Assembly: GCA_965153455.1 (NCBI GenBank)
Contig: OZ234493.1
Coordinates: 33,594,213-33,658,212 of the forward strand
Length of the DNA stretch: 64,000 nucleotides
Direction of reading: 5' to 3'
Origin: Sphagnum compactum
Taxonomy: Eukaryota
In this document: positions 12,490 through 25,000 of the stretch, piece after piece
How positions within the stretch are numbered: position 1 is the first letter of the stretch
Layout: each line of letters begins with the position of its first letter
The notes under the pieces: model-generated
Databases searched by the model: none
The model's input: only the letters and a program-made list of their open reading frames with translations
What the model was told of the DNA's origin: nothing
Made by a program: the position numbers and the translations under genes

Positions 12490-14995
12490 TACTAGACCAA
12501 CAATATAAGTTATTTCCATTTCATCTGATTATTGCAAGCAATCTGAGTTATTCCTTTATTGAGAGGGATTTCGGTTTTCAGAATGTGATAAAAATTATCA
12601 GGCGATGTTCTTTGAGACTCATACACTGAATCATTTAATGCACATATCACTTGTTGAGCCTGCACGAGCATTTCTGGACTGGGAGCAAGTATACATGGAA
12701 AGATGCAAAAGACAGGAAGGTTCTTGAAGATATTCAACCCATGGTATTTCATGCTTGAAACATACGTTTTTTTGAAAGATATGGAGGTTTTCATATGTAC
12801 CCAAAGGGCTTAGAAGATGTGTAGTGATTGATTCATAGGACTTCAATGTTTTCCTGAACAAGATTATACTTCTTTTGTTTTTTTTTTGAAGAGCAAATTT
12901 CTGGAGTCTTTCAATGGTGAAGGGCAGATGAGCCCTTCAAAATTAAGGCCTGTTCTCTGGTAACATAGAATCCTTTCTCTTAGTTTGCCATTTTAGAGCG
13001 TTTTTTTGGACTAGACACACTGGACAACTTACCAAGTTATAAGTGCTTTTTTTATTGACAATTTTTGTTTGTAGCTGAAGTGGCAATTGTCCATAGGAGA
13101 ATGTAGAAAAAATGGTGACCATCCTAAGGAAGGTTTAGCCAAATCTGGCTATAAATCAGAAATAAATTACAAATCTTTAGTCATTTTTCTATAGTTCTAG
13201 CTACACAATGAAAACCCAATATCCGAGTCTGGCAATTTTCTCTCACTTCTAGCAACTGAAAGCCTTCAAAATCACTTCTTTTTTGATTTTTAAAATTTAA
13301 AATTTCACTTCTTGGCGAAGTTTCACCATTTAAAAAAACTCTGCTACTTACCCTTACAAACTTCCGAGGCCTGGCCGATTTTGCCACTTCACCTCAGAAC
13401 AGACCTCTTCAAGGTGCACCTGTTTTAGGGTTGGTCGAGATGCGCAGGCTTACTTCACAGAATCTGCACAACAGAGGTCATTCTCTAGTAAATTGGTGAC
13501 ATTGCAGCCTAGAGTAACAATGGTTATACGGTGCTTTCCAGTTAAAATGTGACCATAGTAACTCTGGAAAGAAATACACAACATCCTGTTAGTCTATTAC
13601 AAAAAAGATCTTTCTCAACCAAATTTCAATACATGGTCTAATTTACACTAGAAAAACACATTGCTCCAGATTTTTTCCAGTTTTCTCCCCAAAAAAATGT
13701 GTCAATTGTTTGAGGAAAAATCACTGGACATAATGGTTTGAAATATTTAAGACAAATACTCTGCTAATTGTAAACCAAACAGGTAGTGCTAAGGAGATTT
13801 CCCAACAATTCTCAACATTCAGAGTTGTACTAATGTGTATTGTAGTACTAAGTGGAATCATTTCATTCACACAAACTACAATGTGAGGGCATTGGGTAAT
13901 AATTAGTGTTAGGGTTCCCGTCAAATTCTTAGGTTAATTTATGGACTAGGGAACCAGCGCGAGGCTGTGGGTTACTGGACATAACCTGTTGTCATTGGCA
14001 CAAGTTATGATGACAGACCAATGGCGTATCAGGGCGCTTCACATGTCTCCGCACACACAAATTTTGTGAGTTATAACTTGTGTGTGGTTGTCCATTGGCA
14101 TGTTGCCATGCCTCCTTACAACCATGTATGATTATGGGGACCATACGTTCTAAATTCTGGAGAAACCATAAGTGGTCTCCAAACCTTTTTTGTATAGGTT
14201 ATGGTTAGGGTTTTTTAAAAGAAAAATTTGATGTCAAAAAATTGGATTTTTTCAAAAATTGGAAAAATTAGTCAATTTTACACTAGGAAAAAAATCAATA
14301 TAATTTCCGAAGCTTTTGACAAAAAAATGACAAAAGTTTTTGGTTGAATTTTTTGTACTGGTTATGGTTCTCTATGTACTTTTTTTTCCCTAGGCAGATA
14401 TGGGTTTTTTTGCAAGGTTGCATGTTAAGTGTACTTATTCTGGCGGCCAATTTTCATTGGTTGAATGATGCTAGATATCATCTACAATATTTTCATTGTC
14501 AGGCTCTTAATGTAGACAAGTGGGCCAGGGTGGACTAGCAAACATGTTGGTACCTTTACCTTTTTGAGTGAGGCCTCTTAGTAGCCATGTTAAGCCCAAA
14601 AAGGGTTAGATTTAACCCTGATTTAGTCAAAGCATGGAAGTTTTGTAGTATTTAGAAACAATTTAAATGGACTTTGGGGTTTTAACCATGGTAGCAACTG
14701 TGCGTGCTGGTTAACCCAAGGCTAAACAGGTGGAACTGGGTTCCTGACTGGACCTGGTCTGGATTTTTTGTGGAAGAATTTGAAACTGGATCTTTAAGAA
14801 TGTGAAGAACCAGGTCCGAAACCAAAGCACATGTTGATGACCAGGTTTGAAACCAAAGCACAGGTTCGATCAAACTACTGTTTTTTTGATAGGACTGAAA
14901 CCAAATGTTTTATCAATTTTAAAAAAAATCATGATTTGGGATTGGAGGTTCTCTTTAAAAACTAGAACTGGACAACACTTGTCCTAAGTCCTAAC

Positions 14996-15152
14996 AAGTG
15001 TTGGGCAGTTATTATAAACAGGAATCAAGAACAGACCCTGGCAGTCATCAGGGTGTTCTTAAAACCCAAACTGTGACTGTCAAAACGTCAAAGAATTGGT
15101 TCAAGTATGTAACCATGGTTCTTAAACAAATTCAAAGAATTGCACAACACTT
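14996..15152. mobile_element. Small hAT-type MITE, also present in duplicate unit 2 (~42084-42195)
   Basis: AAGTGTTGGGC...GCACAACACTT ends; 8-bp TSD GTCCTAAC / GTCCTAGC. Confidence 0.7.
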
Positions 15153-16164
15153 GTCCTAGCCTGGCCCAGAGCAACCATTTGGATGCATTTGCACAGTTGC
15201 CATTGTTATAGGCAGATGTGTAGTTGGTGCAAAGCCAAGCTCTCTTTGATGCACCATCCCCTTGTCAACAGTTGTTATTAGGAAGCAATTAGCAATTTAC
15301 TATGGTATGGATTTTGAAGTGTGCACTTCAATGCACTACATGATACTTGAGGATTTTAGTAATGGGGACAAAACTTGTTCTAAAATTGTATTAGTGAGAA
15401 ACCACTCAATTAGGGGAAACCTGCACTAGATGGCTGGGGGACTTCCTATTGAGCAGCTAACATTTGACCATCTAATTGGAAATTCTGCCTTGTAAGGGGA
15501 CCTAACGTAACAAAGGAGAATGTCATTGGGGATGCTTTACATAGAGGGGAAGGCCCCCCAGAGGAATAGACTGAGGGCATAGGCCCAAAATTAAGGATGG
15601 CCAACTTGAGCAAGCAGGCCTTTCCCATCTAAAACTACAAAAGGGTTCTAAGTTTTAACCTGGATGGTGAAAGGTTTGCAGCCGACTAGCAGAAGGTTGA
15701 GTGACAAATATGCCTTCCGTGCTGGGAGCTGTTTTCAAGTACAAAGAAAATAACCTTGGAGTACTTTACGTTTGAGGTGAAGAAGAAGCCCATGTTTGAG
15801 TTACAAGAGGGTACTCCTAGCCATGAACAACTTCAATTGCCACAATCCATATTTAGACCATCATAGATGTGGACTATGTCAAAGTTGCATAAAATCAGGG
15901 TAAGAAACTTGAAAGGTGAACACTGCAATAGTCACAAAATAACTTGGTGTCTAGTTGGTGCACAATTGAACTGGGATGGGTTCAAAGTTCAAACCCATAT
16001 TCGGAACATGGTTACATTGGTTATATTTGAAGGGGCATAAATATTTATATTTAATATCAACCAAACAAGAGTATATGGGATAAAAACTGGGCTAACCATG
16101 AGTTTTTCCTTTATTTTTGAAGTGGATGGGTATTCTACCATTTTCCAAAACGACTGAATAGGTA

Positions 16165-16705
16165 GGGTGCTCTTAGGAAGGGCTATTAGTCCAGGCCAAA
16201 AATAGTGGCAGCCAATTTTACGAATAGAATTTTTATGCAACCAATGAGAAGTTGTGTCATGGAGTGAAAGGGCCTCCCTTTCTCTCTTGTGAGGGCGGGG
16301 GGGGGAAAGGGGTGGTTTTTTATTTTCAAGTGTGGAGAGTGTGGATTGTCCACTGTTCACTTTCCTCTTGGACAGTGGACAGTCCACTTTCCATGCAAGC
16401 TTTTATTTGTTTGTTTTTGAGGTTGGAAGGGGGGGGGGGGGGTGGTCAAAATGAAGGGTTCCCAAGTTCCTGACATGTTCCCCAAAGAATTCCCAATAGC
16501 ACCTCACTTTTATCCCATATGAAATGTTGTTCTCCTTTAGCTTATGGGTGGGCCAAAGGGGGAGAAACTCTACACTTCAAAATAAAACCTTCCATATAGG
16601 GGAGCCTCCATAGTTTCATTTAAAAAAGTGATGGGCCAATCAAATTGTTTCATTGCCAAAAAAAGAACTTGAACTTGTGAGGCTCATCTAATTAATGCAA
16701 AGCAC
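16165..16705. mobile_element. Inserted non-autonomous element, present in unit 1 only
   Basis: Flanked by the direct repeat AATAGGTA (16157-16164 and 16706-16713); not seen in unit 2. Confidence 0.5.
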
Positions 16706-17914
16706 AATAGGTATGGTTAAGGTGTGGAGGTTGATAAGAATCAATAAGGCTTTAAAAATTGGAAAGTTTCTCCTAAAAATAACCTCTATGGGAAATTTAC
16801 AAGCTGAGTGGTTAGTGGGTCATGTGGGTCATCCAGGTCACCAAAGTTGCTCTTCCTACTTTAGGAAGAGCAACTTTGGTGGGATTGATTTAGGAATCAC
16901 AACCGATGTTTGTATCTACGATTTGGAGTCTTTGTGGAAGTCCATAGTAGCCCTGAAATTTGCTTGCAAGTTTTTCTATGTTGGCTAGAATTTTTTTTTC
17001 CCTTGTTCTCTAATATCCCATATACAAAAGGTTAAATTATATTTTTACATTTTTTTTTGGGAAAGGAAATTGAGATGCCAACTTCCAAACTTCCAATGTG
17101 TTGTAATGAAAATATTGGCTAAACTAAAGTCTTCATATAGAATTCAATTTTATGTCAAAATGCATTTCAAATAAACCGTATGGGCTTTCTTTAAATTGTA
17201 ATAGCATGTGTAGGGGAAGGGTGGACAACAAGGCTGTTCTGGGGATGCATGCCCCAGGTGAGGTGGGAGCTACTCTATGAGTGGCCTTATTTACCTGACC
17301 TAAAGGAATGGGAGCTTTGAAAAGAAATACCTGATGGGGCGAATTCATTTGAGTGCTGAATGATTGTAGTTTGTGCAATATTTGTTTTGAAATTTGTTGG
17401 AAAGACAACTTTAGCACCAAAAGAAAAATCAAGTAGGATTGGAGAGGATGAACTTTATGCTGACATCTAAGGTTTGTCACTTTTGGGGACCCTTACAAGT
17501 AAGATGCCATCCTCTTTTGAGGGAGACATTTCACCAAGGTTAAGGTGCCCTCCAATTATACTAGAAATATTCTATTGGTTCTTTACAAGTAAATGAGGTG
17601 TATATTTACCAAATGAAGTAAACCATCCTCAAATTATTGAAATATATGCAAAAGTAAAGTTTGAACAAGTTTTGCTCTAGCAAATGAGCCACCTTGAGTA
17701 TGTATGTGTTTGCCTATGTAGAGAAAAGAAGCAAGATGTTTCAATATGTAAGCATTGGCTTAAAAACTAACCGTTGCATTTTGAGTCATCTTTGATTCAT
17801 GAAAGTCTAAAGCAGGTATGTATTAAAGAAAGAATCTCAAACTTTCACCAAATTCATCAGCTGGATGATGATCTTTGTCCTTCAAAACTTGTAACATTTT
17901 GAAGCCATTGAAAT

Positions 17915-18209
17915 CAGTGTTTTCTTTTGGGGCGAAATTTCATCAGCTTTTGAGTTTAAAAATATGATTTCAACCTTTACAAAGGGATTTTCATGGAAAA
18001 AATGACCCAGATGTGCCAGATTTCAAAGAATTTTTTTCCCAAATCTCCAGATTTTAATGATAAGTCAGAGTAGATATAGTCAAAAACATAAAAATATTCT
18101 GGGTTTTTTCTACTTTTTTTCCTATATCTAATGTAGCCAAATCTGGCTAAATCATCTTATGGATGGTCCTTACTTCAGCTTTGTCACAAAATTGAAAAAC
18201 AAAAACCTG
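17915..18209. mobile_element. hAT-type MITE of the dispersed TAGCCAAAT(C/T)TGGCTA family
   Basis: CAGTGTTT...AAAACCTG ends; TSD ATTGAAAT / ATTGAAAC. Related copies near 13040-13340, 18500-18780, 29115-29390, 43441-43700, 53810-54390 and 63320-63605. Confidence 0.7.
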
Positions 18210-20732
18210 ATTGAAACAAACTACATCATAAAGTCAACATGAAACAAGCAACACACCAAATGTCGTTCCTATGTTCAGGAGTCTAAAAGAGTCCTCATTA
18301 ACACACTTTCAATGATTTTGTTCCTTGCATTGAAAGGGTTCTTCACCTTCTAAGCTGCACATTTCAATGTAAGTACTCATCATTAAAGAACCGAGTATGC
18401 ATTTATCAAACCACTACAATGATACAAAAGAATTTCATGTACTTCCCCTAAAATTTCCTCCATTAAAAAAAACTTTGTTGAACAGCTGTTTTTGCCAGCG
18501 TTTCTCTTGACAATTTTGTGATGTAGCCAAAGTGGCAGTCATTCACAAAATAACTAAATTTGGCTGCATATTATATATGAAGAAAGTAAATAAAAAACTG
18601 AAGTTTTCTATATTATTGGCTACCTGCTGGAACTTATCTTAAAAATCTGGCGATTTTTATAAAAGAATCTTCTAAATCTGGTGAATTTGGGTCATTTTTT
18701 CCATGAAAAATCCCTTGTATAGGGTGAAATCATATTTTTCAAGTCAAAATTTGGCGAAAATTCACCAGTGAAAGAAATGTTGCTTTTCACAATCAAGCTT
18801 CACTCTTCTCAAGCCTAAAACACTCTTTCAAGGTATTCCTATTTGAAAGTCTTCAAGTTCATTTCTTCCTTGCAAAGTTGTCACTTGCAAAAGTTGACTT
18901 GTATATCCACCACCAATTTTCATATTAATAATTTGTAGTTTTAATGAGATCAATGTCACGGCAATTGCCCACTTTCAAAGGATAATATGTATTAACCATG
19001 GGCTATGAATTTTTAAAAAAACATACTTGTTTGATACCTAGCCAATTTTCATGATTAGAAATTATAATTTGAATTACTTTGGGGATGAAAAACAAGATTC
19101 TGGGGTGAGTGCTTGAAAGGAAGCATGGTTCAAATGAAACCCCACACTATCCTTGTCAATACAATTTCCTTTCATTGTAAAAAGAAACCATTCCTGGTCT
19201 TTTCAACTTACCCACCCTTTTTTAACTACAATATTGTTCATTTACTTATAAAATGAATTAGAATTTCAAAGTCCAAAAATCTAGTTGGTTTCTCAATGCT
19301 TAATAAAATGTGAACATGAAATTTCAACTTTAAAAACCACCATGTCATACACCAAACAGAAAGGGAACATGCTCATGCATTATGAAATATAAAAAAATCA
19401 AGCCTATTAACTTGCCAAGCATTGTGAATTTACCATTTAGATATTACATTAGTTTTTCAGAAATATAAAATTTTAAATAAAATATCTTCCCACACTTGTA
19501 AATTGTAATATGGCTACCCACTTAATAAGTGGTAGAAACTGCCTCATGTAGTACTATGCGGTTGCCCAAATCAATTACAACTAATCAACAAGTTGAGTGC
19601 AAATGACTTGTAACACAAAGTTGAACCATATGGAGAGCAGGAATGTTATGACAACTTAATGGCCATATGACACTGTTGTCTGTTAATTGTCTAGTAAGGT
19701 GTCATGGTTCTAATCACCTTGCTACTTGCCATGATCACATGTTTGCTAGAAGGAGTATGCTAGTGTTGGGGAGCAAGACTTGATGTAACCTTAACATATT
19801 ATTATAATGCCACAGATTTGGAGTTGAAAAGTTGTTACTCTATGTTATATTCTTGAATATTCAAATGAATTTGAGAAACTAATTTGTTTGCCTTGTCCAA
19901 CAATTAAAGGACAAATATGTATTAAACTTCATACATATTTGAACTTTGGTTTAGGCATAAGTTGTTTTTACAATAATATTAGATACACAAAAATAAAAGT
20001 TTTTAGAGCATTTAACATGCCAAGGAAACATTTTATGTTGGATCTTCATCTAAGTTAGCAATGCCAAAACCAAAATGAATAATTGCTCAAGATAAAACTT
20101 GTAACATAATGTGGTTTACTTGCAAAATCAACCGAGATCATGAAAAAACAAAGGAGTGCAGAAAAGATCATCTGAGATCTTGATGGGTTACTTTTTCTCA
20201 TGTGGTACAGGGGATAAGAATGCAAAAAGGAACCTTTAAGAGCAAGCATGATTAAAATGGGAATATGAAAAATCAAATTAGTGCAAAGGAAAATTGAACC
20301 TTGCCAATGGAGTAAAATTGATATGTCCCAATGCAATTTCCATAGTTAAAAGAGAAGCCAAAAAAAGCTTTAAAAAACAACCAAACTACATCATTAAACA
20401 AGAATTAACCACCATGCTCACTAGTAAACATCCCACCTAATTTTAATGTGTTGCAATTGGGGCTATTAATGAACTCTCAATAAAATCTTGAACACGTAAT
20501 GAAACTCAAAAACATCAGAATCAGTTCCCCCAATCTCTACAAACTTGACCATTCAGGCTCCTATCAACTTTGTGGCCTAAATCCTAAAGTTTCACCATAT
20601 TTTGTGCAAGGCAAAGAGAGAACCAAAATGTAACTTTTTTCTATCTGCTTCTGGTTCTAAGTTACTAACTGTTTGTGTTTGTCCCCAAGTCACCCATATT
20701 TACTTTTCATTAGTACCTTGCCGGTTGTGGAC

Positions 20733-21090
20733 CAGTATTGGGCGGTTCTTTACTTTTATGAAGAACCTCCGGTTGCAGTTCTAAAACATAAATTAGTATT
20801 ATCTCAGTTCCAGTTTCACACATTAATGGAACTAGGACTCTGGTTCCAGGTCCAGTTCTTCAACCCTGATTGCCAGTTAGCCACCCATTCTAGTCACTTT
20901 TACTTTTCAAAAATCTCAATTCCAGTTCTGGCTCCACACCTAATTACAACCGGGAACTGGTCTGGTTCTTCAAGAAACAAAACCAAGCTCCAATTCCTGT
21001 TCCAATTCCAACCCAGTTCCAGTTCAGTTCTTACTAACTGGAACCGGTGGCAGTTCTTACTTGCCAAAGTGGGTACCTGCCACAACATTG
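20733..21090. mobile_element. hAT-type MITE in the promoter region of AP2 copy 1
   Basis: CAGTATTGGGC...CACAACATTG ends, flanks TTGTGGAC / TTGGGAAC, internal GGTTCC/GAACC repeats. An element occupies the same site in unit 2. Confidence 0.6.
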
Positions 21091-21276
21091 TTGGGAACCA
21101 CAACTGTGGATGTTGCCAGTACGTTGACCGGTTGGGTGCCTTTCGTTGACTGAGAACCAACGGTTCTCGAGTGAGTACATCCACCCCAAGAAACGGACCC
21201 AAAGAAATCCCGGGTCTCTTCCCTCCTTCGCTCGCCGCCAAAGTCGCGAGGTTCCGAGCTCGCTCACTCTGTCTCT

Positions 21277-21282
<6 letters not shown>

Positions 21283-21312
<30 letters not shown>
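21283..21312 (+). repeat. (TC)n microsatellite, probable TSS/5'UTR pyrimidine patch of AP2 copy 1
   Basis: Seen directly; a degenerate counterpart lies at 47540-47620. Confidence 0.8.
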
Positions 21313-21315
<3 letters not shown>

Positions 21316-22033
21316 TTTCTTGCGATCTGTCTTTTCTGGGCTGCATTTTTTGTGAGATTGTATGGTGCAGTTGGAGCTCTTCATGGTGATCTGAGTTTTG
21401 AGCACTACTACTGTTTTTTTTGGCTCTAAAGATAGCTTTTCAATATGCAGTACTAAAGCTTTGCTTCCTGCTGCTTCTGCTGTATTTTCCGATCATTGTA
21501 GTATCTGCACTGAGTGTCTCGAGCACTTGCAGGGGTTGTAGGCCATCGGGGTGCGTGGACTCAGAGGTGAGTAGCGGGGTTCACGTATAAACTTCTCGAT
21601 CGATTGCATCAAACTTTTGCTGTTAGCACAGGTCTCAAACTTTTGGGAGAACTTCTGCAGGAGGCCGGTGTTTGAAGAACTGTCGTACTAATGCATGATG
21701 CAGATGTGTAGATTCATGTCAGACATCGTATACTACATGTGCAGTGATCAACTCTCTTCTGTTTGTGTGTTTGTTTGCAGGTTTGTTGGAGGCGGTTACA
21801 CTTACTGCTTGTGGTCGCAACAAACTCTTGAACAGCTCTCGAGTTTCTGTTTGCTTTCAGATCGTCTTCATTGCTTTGATCCTTACACAGGTATGTGTAG
21901 CGTTCTTCAGTTCGAGATCGCATGGAGTAGTTCTGGGAATCTATTGAAGTCGTGTGCAGTGTCATCGATCATGTCGGAACAATTGTTTTGGTGATCTCAC
22001 GAAGCTGCACCCCGGACATTCTTGCCTTGCAGG

Positions 22034-25000
22034 ATGGACTTCGATCTCAACCTGGTTCCGAACCTCGACAGTGGGATGCAGCGAGACTGCGTGCAGGTCG
22101 AGGACCAGAATCGGGTGCAGCAGCAGACTGCCTCAGCAGCTGCAGCTCCTCAAGCTCATGTCTCGATGCCGGTCCCAGTCTACGTACTGCCGGCTTTGCT
22201 CTTCTTCGGACAGATACCGGCCGACGCCGAGACGATTGCACACTTTCAAAGCGGTTTCGGCTCGGCGCTGGGCTCGAAATTGGATCTGCCAGCAATTCAT
22301 CGGCAAGCACATACTGCTGCAGTAGCAGCTCATGCTGCTAATGCCGGCGCCCCACCTCCGTTCCAGAGTCGAGACATCATGATGTCCGAGGTGACATTGC
22401 CAGCATATGGTTGGAGTCCCCTGAACCCCGGCTTCGCCTTTCCAGTTCCTCATTATAATGGGCAGCCAGCAGGCGTTCCTGCTTCCGGAGATGGCATCAT
22501 GATCCCTCAGGCAGCTGTCTACCAGCCATCTTCGGAAGACGTGAACGGCAGTGACTGTGTTACTGACGATGTCGATGCGATGCAGTCAGCCGAAGTGACA
22601 AACAGTAACGACGACGACGACGAAGGTAATACGGGTAACATATTACTGCAAGGCGCTGATCGTGTCGACGCTCGAGGAAGATACATTTGTGAGTACCCCA
22701 GTGACCAGCTGTCGATGGTGCAGGAGAGTATGGGTGATGCAGGAGGTGGCCGGGATATTGAAGATGTCGCTCACGATGAGCCCCCCCTGTCGAGTGTCAT
22801 GGAAGAAGGAAGCGATAGCGGTGGGGAGGGTACTGTAGCTGCCTTATTTCAGCAGCTGGAGTTGCATGGCCATGGCAGTGAAAGTGATTCCCCTGCGGAC
22901 GACGACCGTGACGCGCAAGCTGCGGACGTTGCAGCAGTCCTGCAGCAGCCTGTTGCCGGTGAGAAGAAGAAGAGGAAGCCTAGAAAGTCCAAAGCTGCAA
23001 GCGCTGCGAGTCATGGAAACTCTGATACCCTGTGCAATCCAGATGTCGCTGATCATGATCGCGCAGCTGATGCTGCTGCTGGCATCACGACTGATCTCGT
23101 CGACCCAGCGACTCCCCCGATGAAAAAAAAGCAAAGAGTTTCATATCGGCGCGGACCACGTTCCAAGAGCTCTGAGTTTCTGGGTGTAACGCATTACCAA
23201 CGCACTGGTCGATGGGAAGCCCACATCTGGTAAGTACCTCCGGCCTGTTGTAGATCGAAAAACACTCAGTGCTGGTTCTCTCTGGTCTTGACGATTGTTT
23301 CATCCTACAAGTTCTGGATCTTCCTCTGTAAATCTGCTCATGATGCGACATGTATGTTTTTGTGTGGCATGCTGTGCAGGGCTGATGATGTGGAGCCGCA
23401 CAAACAACTCTATCTCGGTACATTGTTATCACTTCTAGCATGCGAAGCTCGATCACGAAGTTCTCTTTACCAGCTGCTGCCGCTCTTTTGATTGTAGATG
23501 ATGCCATTTTGTTGCTGCTGATCATGTGTTCCATCTGATTCTGTTTGCATTTGCTTGCTGATCTTGGATGCAGGTGCATCATCCACCAAGGAAGAAGCTG
23601 CAAGGTACAACAGATCTAGATACTCGAGTCTATCTTCGAAACCTAATTGTTGGAGTAGTGTTTTTCTCCTTGAGCTAGCTAGGTTTCCATACATTCAAGC
23701 AGCTGTTATTCATGCACTAGTAACCAGCAGCAGCTGGATTGTGGATTGTTGTGCTGCACCCTGCATGAATGACACTGAGAACGCTGAAGAAGAGCTGTAA
23801 CAACAATTGCTTATGCTGTTGTCTGAGTGCAGTTCATGGATCATCTGTGGTTTTATTGCAGGGCTTACGACAAAGCAGCCCTTGTGCTGAGAGGCGAGGG
23901 GTTCCAGGACCGTATCAACTTCAAGCCTGCTCAACAATACAAAGATGATATCAGAAGGGTAAGCTGCAATGCAGGTTTGGTACAGAAAGGTTGCAGCTGG
24001 CAGTTTCTGATGTTCTTCATGAGAGCTCGTCTTCCTTGATATCGTTCTATCATGCTTGCAGGATCCTAGCTAGAACTTTGGATCCTTGGATTTTTGAGTA
24101 CTGGTTTCTACCTATGTTGGTGGATCATGGGTTATGAGGTCTGCTGCAACATGAATGACATGATGTTACATGGAGGGATCCATGTGCGAAGTACAGCTTG
24201 ATGAACACAATTCATTCATTTGGGTGGGTTTTGGTGCATTGCAGTTGAAGCTACTCACCAAGGACCAAATGGCTCTTTTCCTTAGACGAGACAGCAAGGG
24301 ACCTGGTGCTGTGTCCACATACCCTTGTGTGAGGAAGATGAAGGATGGCAAATTCGAGGCTACTTACAGGGTGAACTGGAAGAGGAGGAGGTACACACAT
24401 GCCATTCAATATGCATGCATGAATCTATCTTTCACGACATGTTGCACGTGTCTCATTTCTCTCCCATTCTGCAGGGATCATGAAGGAATGTCGTGAACTC
24501 TTGTTAGTAGACTCATGCAATCTGCATTGTGCAATGGTGATGCCTCTAGTGCACCTGAACGTACGGGTGGAAGAAACAAACATGGGATTCGGTGTTCATC
24601 ATCAGTTTGTGGGAAATTATGTGGTTATGAGATATTGATGGTGAGTATTGACTGGAATTACTTCTTGTTGCTCATTTCGTTTATTGCTTGTTTTGGCAGT
24701 CCGGTGGGTGAACTCTTGGGCTCATACAACACCGAGGAAGAAGCAGCCAGGTACCAGAATCATGCATGAGTTCCTGCTGCTCTTCACATACAGCTGGTTG
24801 AATCAAGTTTTTTTTTCCTTTCTTATGATCCTTGTTCTCATCAAACCCCTAGCTTAGTAGCTGAAACCCTAGCTTCAGGTCCTCTGCTTATCATGTGCTG
24901 TGATCACTGCAGCCTGCATGAATCCTGCAAGGATGCTTGTTAAACTGCAGAGAGATAGAGACAACAATCGAAAACACTTACACATAAGCCTAGAATCATC

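Noticed and set aside
17440-17540. Penelope-type reverse transcriptase motif (YL*GSPKV resembling LYGLPKIHK) on the minus strand
   Set aside because: A single weak motif containing a stop, not retained in frame in unit 2, and no downstream RT motifs seen.
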